NCBI RefSeq assembly: GCF_000007225.1
Contig: NC_003364.1
Location: 1,200,001-1,232,000 of the forward strand
Direction of reading: 5' to 3'
From: Pyrobaculum aerophilum str. IM2
Lineage (GTDB): Archaea; Thermoproteota; Thermoprotei; Thermoproteales; Thermoproteaceae
DNA: 32,000 bases
Of the stretch, positions 1 to 8,161 are shown piece after piece (positions within the stretch are counted from its first letter, which is position 1; each line of letters begins with the position of its first letter). The translations under genes and the position numbers were made by a program. The notes beneath the pieces were generated by a model. That model saw only the letters and a list, made by a program, of their open reading frames with translations. It was not told the DNA's origin and did not search any database.

Positions 1-192
1 CCCGGGCTTGCGGTCGGACTCAATAATTATCTCAACTTGACTCCCAACCCGCCGTTTAAATACGGCGATTTTAGGCGGCTCCATCCAGGCATTGAGGCTG
101 TAGGCAAAGAGCGGTATTAAAGAGAGGAGGGCCGCATCCGGGCTCCCCAGCGCGAGGCCCGCGGCCAAGAGCACCGCGGCGACGGTTAACAT
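1..192 (-). CDS. partial CDS (N-terminal part only, continues past window start): membrane-anchored protein, possibly a DUF58-type MoxR partner
   Basis: Reverse-strand ATG at 192..190 opens MLTVAAVLLAAGLALGSPDAALLSLIPLFAYSLNAWMEPPKIAVFKRRVGSQVEIIIESDRKPG, which stays open to position 1. The N-terminus is hydrophobic. It is divergent from the MoxR gene, with TATA-like TTTTTAGATATAATA in the 49-nt spacer. The DUF58 idea rests on context only. Confidence 0.4.
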   Translation of the reverse strand, partial: MLTVAAVLLAAGLALGSPDAALLSLIPLFAYSLNAWMEPPKIAVFKRRVGSQVEIIIESDRKPG

Positions 193-241
193 GTTCCTAG
201 CCACAGCCCCAACATCTTTTTAGATATAATACTTCTCGCCC

Positions 242-1147
242 GTGAGGAAGGTAGTTGACGTCTTGGCGGGCTACTACGTGGCGCCTAGGGAGACGCTAGA
301 GCTCCTCCTGTCGGCTATAATAGCCAGGGGGCATGTCCTTTTCAACGACCCGCCGGGGCTCGGCAAGACTACCCTTGCGAAAATCCTCGCCAAGGCCCTT
401 GGCCTAAACTTCAGGAGAATTCAATTTACTCCAGATATGTTGCCGAGCGACGTCATTGGCGTTAACGTCTGGAGACCTCACGAGGGGCGTTTTGAATTTA
501 TTAGGGGGCCGGTATTTACCAATATCTTGCTCGCCGATGAAATCAACAGGGCCCCTCCCAAGACTCAAGCCGCGTTGCTGGAGGCCATGGAGGAGAGACA
601 AGTGACTGTAGACGGCGTGACGTATAAATTAGAGGAGCCCTTCATCGTCTTAGCCACGCAGAATCCCGTTGAGTTCCGCGGCGTGTACCCCCTCCCAGAG
701 GCAGAGCTTGACAGATTTCTCATTCAGCTCTCCGTGGGCTACCCCAGCCCCGGCGAAGAGGCGGAGATATTAAGACGCCGCATTTCCTGGAGAGGCGACG
801 ACCCCTCTATTTATGTAAAACCTGTGACAAATAGAGAGGAAATTATCCAGTGGATGCAATACGTTGAGGCCGTATATGTAGACGAGGCAATTATTCAATA
901 CATCGTGAGAATAGCCCAGGCCCTCAGGACGCACCCCCTCAACGCCTATGGGCCCAGCCCCAGGGGCTCCATAGCCCTTATGAAAATATCCAGAGCCCTT
1001 GCCCTTTTAGACGGGAGAAATTACGTAGCGCCAGACGACGTGAAAAAGGCGGCGGTGGCAGCCCTGGCGCACAGAATAGCGCCTAAAGAGGGAGACCCCA
1101 GGGATTTAGTGAGAGAGGTTTTAAACAAAACCCCCATCCCCTATTAG
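242..1147 (+). CDS. moxR: MoxR-family AAA+ ATPase
   Basis: 301-aa ORF with a GTG start. Walker A is NDPPGLGKTTLAK and Walker B is ILLADEINRAPPKTQAALLEAMEE. The MoxR-type C-terminal lid is GPSPRGSIALMKISRALALLDGRNYVAPDDV. Confidence 0.9.
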   Translation: MRKVVDVLAGYYVAPRETLELLLSAIIARGHVLFNDPPGLGKTTLAKILAKALGLNFRRIQFTPDMLPSDVIGVNVWRPHEGRFEFIRGPVFTNILLADEINRAPPKTQAALLEAMEERQVTVDGVTYKLEEPFIVLATQNPVEFRGVYPLPEAELDRFLIQLSVGYPSPGEEAEILRRRISWRGDDPSIYVKPVTNREEIIQWMQYVEAVYVDEAIIQYIVRIAQALRTHPLNAYGPSPRGSIALMKISRALALLDGRNYVAPDDVKKAAVAALAHRIAPKEGDPRDLVREVLNKTPIPY

Positions 1148-2058
1148 AGATACCTATTGAGAAGGGCCATTACCCGCCTGAGGTGGCGCAGGCGCCTACG
1201 CCTATTCCACCTCTCCACAAGCTTGGCGACTAGCGGCGGCGCAAAGGGAGACGGCTCAATGTCCTTATATGCCAAGGCCGCCCGCACTACCTCTAGAACT
1301 CGCCCCTCATCAACGCCGCCCTTGGCCATGTAGTACGCCACGTACGTCGTAAGTAGCGAGACGTCTCCCGTCTCCACAAACCTCCTTTCCAGCCTCTTGG
1401 CCTCAATTACGTCTTGGTCGTCGTAGAGTTGCGCCGCACGGGGCCTTTTTACATCGCCGCCGAGCAGTAATATAGCGGCCGCCGAGCCTATGGCAGTGGA
1501 GTAGAATACCCACGCGGCTCCGGCCAGAGAGCTTATATAATACAGCGCTGTTAAGAGGCCGCCGAGCACGCCAAAAGCCGCGGTGTGCCTTGCGAAAAAT
1601 CTGCCCACTTTTTTAAAACGGCCTCTCGCCAGCCCCAGCGTCGAGGCTATAAAAGCCCCAGCCCCGGCTCCCCACACAAGCAAGTAGAGAAGGGGGATGT
1701 GAGTAAGCTGTAAAAACGACCCGAGGCCCCACGCAGTAACGGCGATAGACACCGGGGCGAGGGCTCTTTTTAAACGGCGGGAGAAAAACCTAACGGCGTT
1801 GAGGAAAAACCCAAAGGCCACTGCGACGAGGTATAGCTTATGCGCCGGGGTGAAAACCGGCAGCGGGATGAGGAATACCGCGGCGGCAACCCCCAGAAAA
1901 GTCGCCAAATACCCCAAAACGTGCCTTCTCTTTTTGTGTAACAACCCCCCGACTCCGTATGCGGTAAAAAAAGCCCCCAGGGGGTGGGCCGCAAACCGCA
2001 ACGCCGGGTCTAAATAGCCCAAAAAGATAAGGAAGAGCCCAAGCGCTATGAACGTCAT
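1144..2058 (-). CDS. polytopic membrane protein with a soluble C-terminal domain, function unknown
   Basis: 304-aa ORF with about 7 hydrophobic helices in the first 200 aa, followed by a charged C-terminal domain. Its ATG overlaps the stop of the upstream transglutaminase gene as ATGA (2055-2058), implying translational coupling. Confidence 0.7.
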   Translation of the reverse strand: MTFIALGLFLIFLGYLDPALRFAAHPLGAFFTAYGVGGLLHKKRRHVLGYLATFLGVAAAVFLIPLPVFTPAHKLYLVAVAFGFFLNAVRFFSRRLKRALAPVSIAVTAWGLGSFLQLTHIPLLYLLVWGAGAGAFIASTLGLARGRFKKVGRFFARHTAAFGVLGGLLTALYYISSLAGAAWVFYSTAIGSAAAILLLGGDVKRPRAAQLYDDQDVIEAKRLERRFVETGDVSLLTTYVAYYMAKGGVDEGRVLEVVRAALAYKDIEPSPFAPPLVAKLVERWNRRRRLRHLRRVMALLNRYL

Positions 2059-3560
2059 AACGCCCTCCTCAGCCTCTCCACATCCTCACGGCTGGCCCTG
2101 GGGCCGAACCGAATTCTTTCAAATAAAAGCGCTACCTCCCCGTACTCCGGCCTCAGAGAGGCGAGCTCCCTGGGCGTGACAGTGGGCGGGAGGCCGAGTC
2201 TTTTTAAAACCCGGCGGTACAGACTGCCGGCCAGCCGCTTGTAGTCCAACACCCTCACTAAATAGACCAGGGGCCCAGCCCTCACGACATAAAAGCCTGG
2301 CTTGTCAAAAACAAGCCTAGCCGGCGCCTTGCCCACAAGCCTCTTGTTCACATATACGGCAAAACCCGCGGGCCCTCCTACCACGAACTCCTCCCCAACT
2401 CCAAGCGTAATATACCTACGCCTAGCCGTCAGCACAATGGGGATTGCGACAAAGGCGGCGACGGCGGCTAGTATCCACGAGGGAATTTCCAGCGGAGGAG
2501 CGGGCGGACCTGCAGGCGCCGCGGCGGCGGGCGTCTCAGGGGGAGCGTCCAGAGGGAGTTGCACAGCGCCAAGAGGCGCCTGCGCCGCGCCGCCAGGAGT
2601 GGCCTCAACGCCGACCCAGCCCACTCCCTCCACGTAATACTCTGCCCACGCGTGGGGGCTGAAGGCCGTGAGGGCCCAGCCAGTGGGGACGGGCCCGTCC
2701 GACACATAGCCGATCACCAGTCTTGCCGGCACCCCGGCGGCTCTGGCCAGGAGCACAAAGGCTGAGGCGAAGTGAATACACACCCCCCTCTTCCCCTCTT
2801 TTAAAAACCAGAGGACGGGATCAACGCCCTGCGGGATCTCAGGCCACACGGCGTCTAAAGTGCCGTCGTAAATAAAGCCAGAGGCGAGAAAGGCCTTAAT
2901 TCTAGCCGCTACGCAACGGGCATCGCCGCAACCTGCCGTAATATTGGCGACAATCCCCTCCAGCGTGGGCTTGAGGTCGGGTGGTACGTATAAGTGCCTG
3001 TCGTTGGGCCTCCCCGGCGCCGCCCCTTCGCCAATATATGAGACAATATGGGAAAGCAACCCGCCGGCAAAAGACACGTACAGCCCCTCTAAATCGGCGG
3101 CCAGCCTAGCCCCAGGAGCCGCCACTTTAAACCCGCCGAGAACTAAGCCGTCTACTGCGGGAGTCGCCAAGGGAACGCAACCGCCCATTAAAGGCGCAGA
3201 GAGGTTCACCTCGCCGCCGAATTTAAAAGGCCCAGGCCCCACGGTCACCACCCCGTCTCCAAACGAAGAGCCCCCTGACCCCTCATATATCCACGATCCG
3301 CTCAGGTACACGTCATATACATAACAACGCAAGTACATCACGCCGCCAGTTCCCCTGGCGTTAATATAGGTCTTGAAGTAAAGCCCGCTTGACACGCTAA
3401 CGGCCGGAGGCGGAGAGGCGGAAAAGCCGCTGGCGCCGCCCGGCAGAGGCCTGCCGGGGGCATAGCCAGGCTGGGCCAAGGAGATCACTCCAATGGCCAC
3501 GAGCAAGACGCCGACAATTCCAAAAAGCCACTTCACACGCCCATAACGAGAGTAGTTCAA
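2055..3560 (-). CDS. transglutaminase-like membrane protein (TgpA-like, with a DUF4129-like C-terminus)
   Basis: 501-aa ORF with a TTG start. It has an N-terminal TM helix. The transglutaminase core has Cys in KRGVCIHFASAFVLLARAAGVPARLVIGY and His in SPHAWAEYYVEGVGWVGVEAT. A second TM follows an Ala/Pro-rich linker. The C-terminal LTPRELASL...RFG segment is typical of DUF4129. Confidence 0.85.
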   Translation of the reverse strand: MNYSRYGRVKWLFGIVGVLLVAIGVISLAQPGYAPGRPLPGGASGFSASPPPAVSVSSGLYFKTYINARGTGGVMYLRCYVYDVYLSGSWIYEGSGGSSFGDGVVTVGPGPFKFGGEVNLSAPLMGGCVPLATPAVDGLVLGGFKVAAPGARLAADLEGLYVSFAGGLLSHIVSYIGEGAAPGRPNDRHLYVPPDLKPTLEGIVANITAGCGDARCVAARIKAFLASGFIYDGTLDAVWPEIPQGVDPVLWFLKEGKRGVCIHFASAFVLLARAAGVPARLVIGYVSDGPVPTGWALTAFSPHAWAEYYVEGVGWVGVEATPGGAAQAPLGAVQLPLDAPPETPAAAAPAGPPAPPLEIPSWILAAVAAFVAIPIVLTARRRYITLGVGEEFVVGGPAGFAVYVNKRLVGKAPARLVFDKPGFYVVRAGPLVYLVRVLDYKRLAGSLYRRVLKRLGLPPTVTPRELASLRPEYGEVALLFERIRFGPRASREDVERLRRAL

Positions 3561-3864
3561 ATACTTGTCGCCCCCGCCAATAAAGGCCCGCAGATGCCCA
3601 GCCCAAACGCCGCAAGTAGGGAAAGATATACTTGGAAGGCGGCTTTAACACGGCCGCAGAACGGCGGATATTACATAACTCCTTCCCGGCGATCTCCTCC
3701 GCGGTTGCAATCCGCCGACTTGCGGCCTCATCTCGCGCTCCTCAAGCCCCGGCTTAAAGGCCCCTGCCGCCTTCTCGACGGCAGTGACCTACGCGGCGCT
3801 CCTCACAGCTGTCCCTTAAAGGCGCGTACGTATGCCGTGCGTCCGGTGAGTGATCGGCTTATAC

Positions 3865-4227
3865 CTATCCCTTTTCAACCATTTTCTTTAAAAGCACGGC
3901 GATATGTGGGGCTTTTTTCTCTAACACGGCGAGGGCGTCGCGGAGAGTCATGTCGGACTTCACGCCGAAGGCGGCCAGAGTCAGTATAAAATCCTCCAAC
4001 ACGTCGGCCACTCTTATATTGCCCAGCCAGTCGGAGGTCTTCAACGCCACGTACCTCCTCTTGCCCACTTTAATAGTCTCCACCAAGCCCTCCCGCTCTA
4101 GAGAGAAGACGTACCACTGCACAGCGCCGTAGGAAAGGCCCAGCTCCTTGGCGAGCTTGTAAATAGGGACGGGGCCCTCTCTGCGTAAAATTTCCAATAT
4201 GGCGTCTCTGGGGTCCTTTTTCTCCAC
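3865..4227 (-). CDS. winged helix-turn-helix transcriptional regulator (ArsR/MarR-like)
   Basis: 120-aa ORF. AILEILRREGPVPIYKLAKELGLSYGAVQWYVFSLEREGLVETIKVGKRRYVAL is a classic wHTH. It lies 42 nt downstream of the KaiC-like gene on the same strand. Confidence 0.8.
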   Translation of the reverse strand: MEKKDPRDAILEILRREGPVPIYKLAKELGLSYGAVQWYVFSLEREGLVETIKVGKRRYVALKTSDWLGNIRVADVLEDFILTLAAFGVKSDMTLRDALAVLEKKAPHIAVLLKKMVEKG

Positions 4228-4269
4228 TGTTTTTTCACTAGACCTGTTTATTAAACCTAAATGTAAAAA

Positions 4270-5445
4270 TCACTTAAATACAAACTTGCCCCCCTCCTCC
4301 ACTATTTTCAACTCGTGCACAGGCCAGCCCAGCGCCGACTTGACCACCACAGCCCTGTCGGGGTAGTACCTCCACACGGTGTTAAACGCGTTTAACAACT
4401 CAGGCGTTGGCTCTACGCCTCTAAACGTGGCCAGCAACGCCACGCCGGGCAAAGCGCTTTGAATAAAGTCGAGGATATAGGCCACTCTCTCCGGCCCGTA
4501 AACAGTTAAGACCTCCTCCAGGCCGTATAGAGAGACCACCGGGGCCCCGCGTATTTTCTCCACGGCCTCCTCCAGGGGGTAGTCCTCTGAGAGGGCAGAG
4601 GCGGGCAACACCACCTCCTCAACCTCGCAGCCGAAATGCCTCGCCAAAAGGCCAATTAGGCGGGCCGTGGATATAACGCCCACTTTCACGTTGTCTAAAT
4701 AGTCGCATAAATAGGCGGCGGCCAGCCTGAGGCACTTGGGGTGGTCGCAGAGGTATACGGCCACTCTGCTGTTATACAGCAGGCCGGGCCTCCTAACTCC
4801 CGGCATGTGCTCCCCCAGGGACTTGGCCACCTCCTCTGAAAACGCCACTCTCCTCCCCGAGGGCGCCGCCACTGTCTTGTCCCCCAAATCGCTCTGAGAC
4901 CACTTTTTAATTATGCGGACGCCCCTCCTCGATATTGTGAAGTAGAACTCCGCGCCGGGGCTGGGGCCGAGCCTCGTCTTCACCACCCTCAACCTCCTGT
5001 AACGAGCCCCTCTGTGGAAAAACTGCGCAACCTCCAAGAGGGTGTCCGCCATGTAGGCAAAGTGGGAGCCACCGATTTGCTCCTCGCCTATGGCAATGAC
5101 GGGGCCGCGGAAGAGGCGGTATAGAGAAGAGGCGGCCTCTCTGCTCTGCGGCAACGCGTTAATCCCGTCGAGAATAACCACGTCGGGAGAGGCCTTCACG
5201 TACTGATCCACCACGCCCGCCAGCAATAAATCCACCTCGGAGATAGAGACGTAGTCCAAAACGACGAATTTAGACGGGTCGAGGCCGAGCCCAGCCGCCT
5301 TCTCCCGCACTTTCTCGGCAGTTTCGTAAAAACCCACGTACAGAACCCTCTCCCCCATTTGTGCCGCGGCGTGGAGGGCCAGAGAAGTCTTCCCAGACCC
5401 CGGGGGGCCGTAAATAAGAGTAAAGCCCTGGAAAAACTCCCTCAT
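4270..5445 (-). CDS. KaiC/RecA-superfamily ATPase with an uncharacterised C-terminal domain
   Basis: Walker A is LIYGPPGSGKTSLAL, the Walker B-like strand is DVVILDGINAL, and the RecA-like core ends around RRLRVVKTRLG. I place the start at ATG 5445 (MREFFQGFTLIYGPPGSGKT) because it forms an ATGA overlap with the upstream small ORF. The ORF track extends it to 5493. Confidence 0.8.
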   Translation of the reverse strand: MREFFQGFTLIYGPPGSGKTSLALHAAAQMGERVLYVGFYETAEKVREKAAGLGLDPSKFVVLDYVSISEVDLLLAGVVDQYVKASPDVVILDGINALPQSREAASSLYRLFRGPVIAIGEEQIGGSHFAYMADTLLEVAQFFHRGARYRRLRVVKTRLGPSPGAEFYFTISRRGVRIIKKWSQSDLGDKTVAAPSGRRVAFSEEVAKSLGEHMPGVRRPGLLYNSRVAVYLCDHPKCLRLAAAYLCDYLDNVKVGVISTARLIGLLARHFGCEVEEVVLPASALSEDYPLEEAVEKIRGAPVVSLYGLEEVLTVYGPERVAYILDFIQSALPGVALLATFRGVEPTPELLNAFNTVWRYYPDRAVVVKSALGWPVHELKIVEEGGKFVFK

Positions 5446-5744
5446 ACCCCGCCCAGCTCTTGGAGAAAACGCCGCCAGCCCTCCTCGCTCCACAGCGCCT
5501 CCGCGGCCGACTGGGCGTATATCCTACGCCTACGCACGAACTCCACAAAAAGCGTGGAAATAAGCTCGGCGTTGTGTCTGCCCAGGGCCTCCTCCACGTA
5601 GCGCAGAAAAAGCCACGGCTTTTGAAAAACCTCTCCCGGGTTCCTCCCTGCCCTCCTGGCCTTAAATTCAATCAACGCCCTCAGCGGCATCCCCAGGGAC
5701 GTGTAGAACTCCCGAAACAATTGATACGCGTCCACAAACTCCAA
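5442..5744 (-). CDS. small helical protein of unknown function, translationally coupled to the KaiC-like ATPase
   Basis: 100-aa ORF with a TTG start and no recognisable motif. Its TGA stop overlaps the ATPase ATG (ATGA at 5442-5445). TATA-like TTTAAA lies at 5755-5760. The start position is uncertain. Confidence 0.5.
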   Translation of the reverse strand: MEFVDAYQLFREFYTSLGMPLRALIEFKARRAGRNPGEVFQKPWLFLRYVEEALGRHNAELISTLFVEFVRRRRIYAQSAAEALWSEEGWRRFLQELGGV

Positions 5745-5800
5745 TTAGAACCACTTTAAATACTTTACTTCATACACGCCGAACCCCACCAGAAGAAGCC

Positions 5801-5808
5801 TTAAAACC
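5801..5808 (+). promoter_or_regulatory. TATA-like box upstream of the C/D sRNA candidate
   Basis: TTAAAACC lies 20-27 nt upstream of the candidate C box at 5828, which matches archaeal promoter spacing. Confidence 0.35.
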
Positions 5809-5827
5809 AAGAGCAGAGAAATACACA

Positions 5828-5877
5828 GTGATGTCGCCAGGCGCTGCCGAGCCGTGAAGACAGCTCGAGAGGGCTGA
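5828..5877 (+). ncRNA. candidate C/D-box sRNA (2'-O-methylation guide)
   Basis: Hand parse: C GTGATGT | 12 nt CGCCAGGCGCTG | D' CCGA | GCC | C' GTGAAGA | 13 nt CAGCTCGAGAGGG | D CTGA. It lies in the 189-nt gap between the divergent KaiC-like operons. The C box deviates at its last base and one spacer is 13 nt rather than 12. Confidence 0.45.
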
Positions 5878-5933
5878 CATTACACCCCCCTATCTACACC
5901 AAAGAATATATAAAGCTAGGGGCAAAGACCCTC

Positions 5934-6935
5934 GTGGCTGAGATATTAGACCTCGCAAAACGCGGCATGTCCCTCATCTACGGACCCCCAGGCTCGGGAA
6001 AAACCTCGCTAGCTCTGCGAGTGGCGAGTAGAATAGCCGACAGAGTGCTGTGGATCTCCACATCCGAAGGGCCCGAACTGCTGAGAGAGACCGCCAAAAG
6101 ACTCGCCGTGGATCCCGCCAAATTCGACTTTTACGACTTCCCCCGCGCCTTTCAACAAGACATTGCCCGCTATATACTCGACCACGCCCCCAGCTACGGC
6201 GCCGTCGTGGTGGACTCCGTCGAGGGAGTAACCGGCAGACAGAACATAGACGTCGTCGCCCACTCCGTGCTCTACCAAATATCCAAAGAAAAGCCGGTGA
6301 TCCTAGTCGCCGAGGAGGAAACCCCCCGCGTGGCGTACATAGCAGACCACGTAGTCCACGTGTGGTACAGAAAAAACTCCCTGGGACACGTCGTTAGATA
6401 CATTCAGCTGGAGAAATCCAGATTAATGCCGCCGGGACCCAAATATATATTCGACATAGTTGAAGGCTTCGGCCTATTTTACATAAAGCCGTTGAAATTT
6501 AGAGGCGAAGAGAATTGGGTTGAAGACAGCGGACTGGGCAAAGTCGTGCTTATAAAAAGCGGAATTTGTATCCACTCGGAAAGTCTGAAAAATATTGCTG
6601 AACTCCTCTCAAAAATACATTCAGAGGCTATATTTCTTAAAATTGGCCCATGGACTTCTTTCCGTGGGGTAAAAACAACGCCAGAAAAGCTGTTTGTTGC
6701 ACAGACTTTTCATGACTTCTTTAAATTAGCAATACTGCTTCATACACAACAACTCAGGGCAAAGTACATAGTGGTAGGAGGGTTACTCAATATTCCCGAT
6801 GGGGAGATAGATGATTATCTTAGCGTGTTATACGCTTACACTGATTACGTAGGCTTTATTGTGTTTACCGCCGTAGGTCCCAAAGAGGAAACAAAGAGAC
6901 TTGAAAAATATTGCGAAGAAGTTATATATGTTTAG
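5934..6935 (+). CDS. KaiC/RecA-superfamily ATPase paralogue with a different, AT-rich C-terminal domain
   Basis: 333-aa ORF with a GTG start; TATA AATATATAAAG lies at 5903-5913. Walker A is LIYGPPGSGKTSLAL. The first ~190 aa align by eye with the 4270..5445 product; the C-terminal ~140 aa are unrelated to it. Confidence 0.8.
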   Translation: MAEILDLAKRGMSLIYGPPGSGKTSLALRVASRIADRVLWISTSEGPELLRETAKRLAVDPAKFDFYDFPRAFQQDIARYILDHAPSYGAVVVDSVEGVTGRQNIDVVAHSVLYQISKEKPVILVAEEETPRVAYIADHVVHVWYRKNSLGHVVRYIQLEKSRLMPPGPKYIFDIVEGFGLFYIKPLKFRGEENWVEDSGLGKVVLIKSGICIHSESLKNIAELLSKIHSEAIFLKIGPWTSFRGVKTTPEKLFVAQTFHDFFKLAILLHTQQLRAKYIVVGGLLNIPDGEIDDYLSVLYAYTDYVGFIVFTAVGPKEETKRLEKYCEEVIYV

Positions 6936-7185
6936 AGAATATCAAAACCTACGTCTTTGCCGTCCGTCGGCAATACGCCAGCAAGCACTAGTATCGCGGA
7001 TATTGATAATATGGCAAATTTCATTACTACTCTTGTTGTTTCAAGTGTTTTTACTACTTTGTATCCGTTCATGTGCTTTTATGTCAAATTTTCGACACGG
7101 CGTATACTAGTAGCTGTGTAATACTTTTAATTTTCGCGTTCAGCACATAAAGTAATTTTTATCTAAATTTCGCCTCCTCAGGTTT

Positions 7186-8043
7186 ATGGAGTTTGGGGTT
7201 TTTGACAATCACGCTCATGCCAACGAGTATAGCGGCTACGGAGCCGCCGAAGTTGTGCGTAGGTTTAAGGCGGCGGGGGGCGGGGGGATAATATTCGTCT
7301 CCCTCCTAACGTGGTCTATTGGGGGGAGGCCCGGGGACAAGGAGTGGGTGGTTAGGCTTTACGACCACACAGTGAGAAACGCGGAGGTGGCCCGGGGGGC
7401 CGGCCTGGTGTCGGGGGCCGTCGTGGGCGTCCACCCGGCGGAGTGTGTAAAACTGCTAGAGGCAGGGTGGACTCCCGGGGAGGTGGAGGAGTTTATGCGC
7501 TGGGCTGTGGACCTCGCGGCGAAGTATGTGGAGGAGGGGAGGGCGGTTGGGCTGGGGGAGTTCGGGAGGCCTCACTGGCCTGTGCCTAACAGCGTCGTGG
7601 AGCTGTGTAATAAAGTCACCCTGTACGTGTTGGAGAGGGCTAGGGATGTGGACGCCGCCGTTCATTTACACCTAGAGCGGGGCGGCACGGCCACTGTTGA
7701 CTCAATCGCCAAGCTCGCGGCGGAGGCCGGAGTGGATCCCAGGCGGGTGGTTATGCACCACATTGAGGGGGCTTTGGCGGGCTACGCCTATTCTAAAGGC
7801 CTATCCCCCTCAGTTCCCATGGGCCGGAGGGGGGAGTTTGAAGACGCGTTGAGGCACGGCCCCGTCTTTGTGGTGGAGAGCGACTATATAGACGACAAGT
7901 CTAGGCCGGGGGCTGTGATCCCCCCGTGGACTCTCGCCTCCAAGTTTAAACAGTATGTAGCCCGCGGCGTTCTCTCCGCCGATGATATGTACAAAATCTG
8001 CGTAGAGAACGTGAAGAGTATATACAAGTGGCGTCTGCTATAA
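7186..8043 (+). CDS. TatD-family metal-dependent hydrolase (amidohydrolase fold)
   Basis: 285-aa ORF with N-terminal FDNHAHANE (HxH metal motif), later HLHLERGG and HHIEG histidines, and a VVESDY acidic motif. TATA-like TTTTTATCTAAAT lies at about -25. Confidence 0.75.
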   Translation: MEFGVFDNHAHANEYSGYGAAEVVRRFKAAGGGGIIFVSLLTWSIGGRPGDKEWVVRLYDHTVRNAEVARGAGLVSGAVVGVHPAECVKLLEAGWTPGEVEEFMRWAVDLAAKYVEEGRAVGLGEFGRPHWPVPNSVVELCNKVTLYVLERARDVDAAVHLHLERGGTATVDSIAKLAAEAGVDPRRVVMHHIEGALAGYAYSKGLSPSVPMGRRGEFEDALRHGPVFVVESDYIDDKSRPGAVIPPWTLASKFKQYVARGVLSADDMYKICVENVKSIYKWRLL

Positions 8044-8161
8044 TAAACAATATATTCAAAATACAGATTACAATGAATTTTATATTTCTAAAACATAGTT
8101 TTAGATTATCAATATGCTAAAATCGAGAATTTTCAATAAAAAATTTACTTAAAATTTTGAT

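Noticed and set aside
3640-3680. GCAGAACGGCGGATATTAC resembles the RNase P RNA CR-V motif (ACAGAAnnnGGCUUA), and AGGGAAAGATA at ~3618 loosely resembles CR-I
   Set aside because: I could not form a P4 helix between the two elements by hand pairing, and CR-I is a poor match. It is kept only as part of the unexplained-gap finding.
6932-7072. 46-codon minus-strand ORF (MNGYKVVKTLETTRVVMKFAILSISAILVLAGVLPTDGKDVGFDIL) with a signal-peptide-like core in the AT-rich gap
   Set aside because: It is too short and lies in AT-rich sequence where ORFs arise easily. It has no supporting promoter spacing or homology that I can assess.
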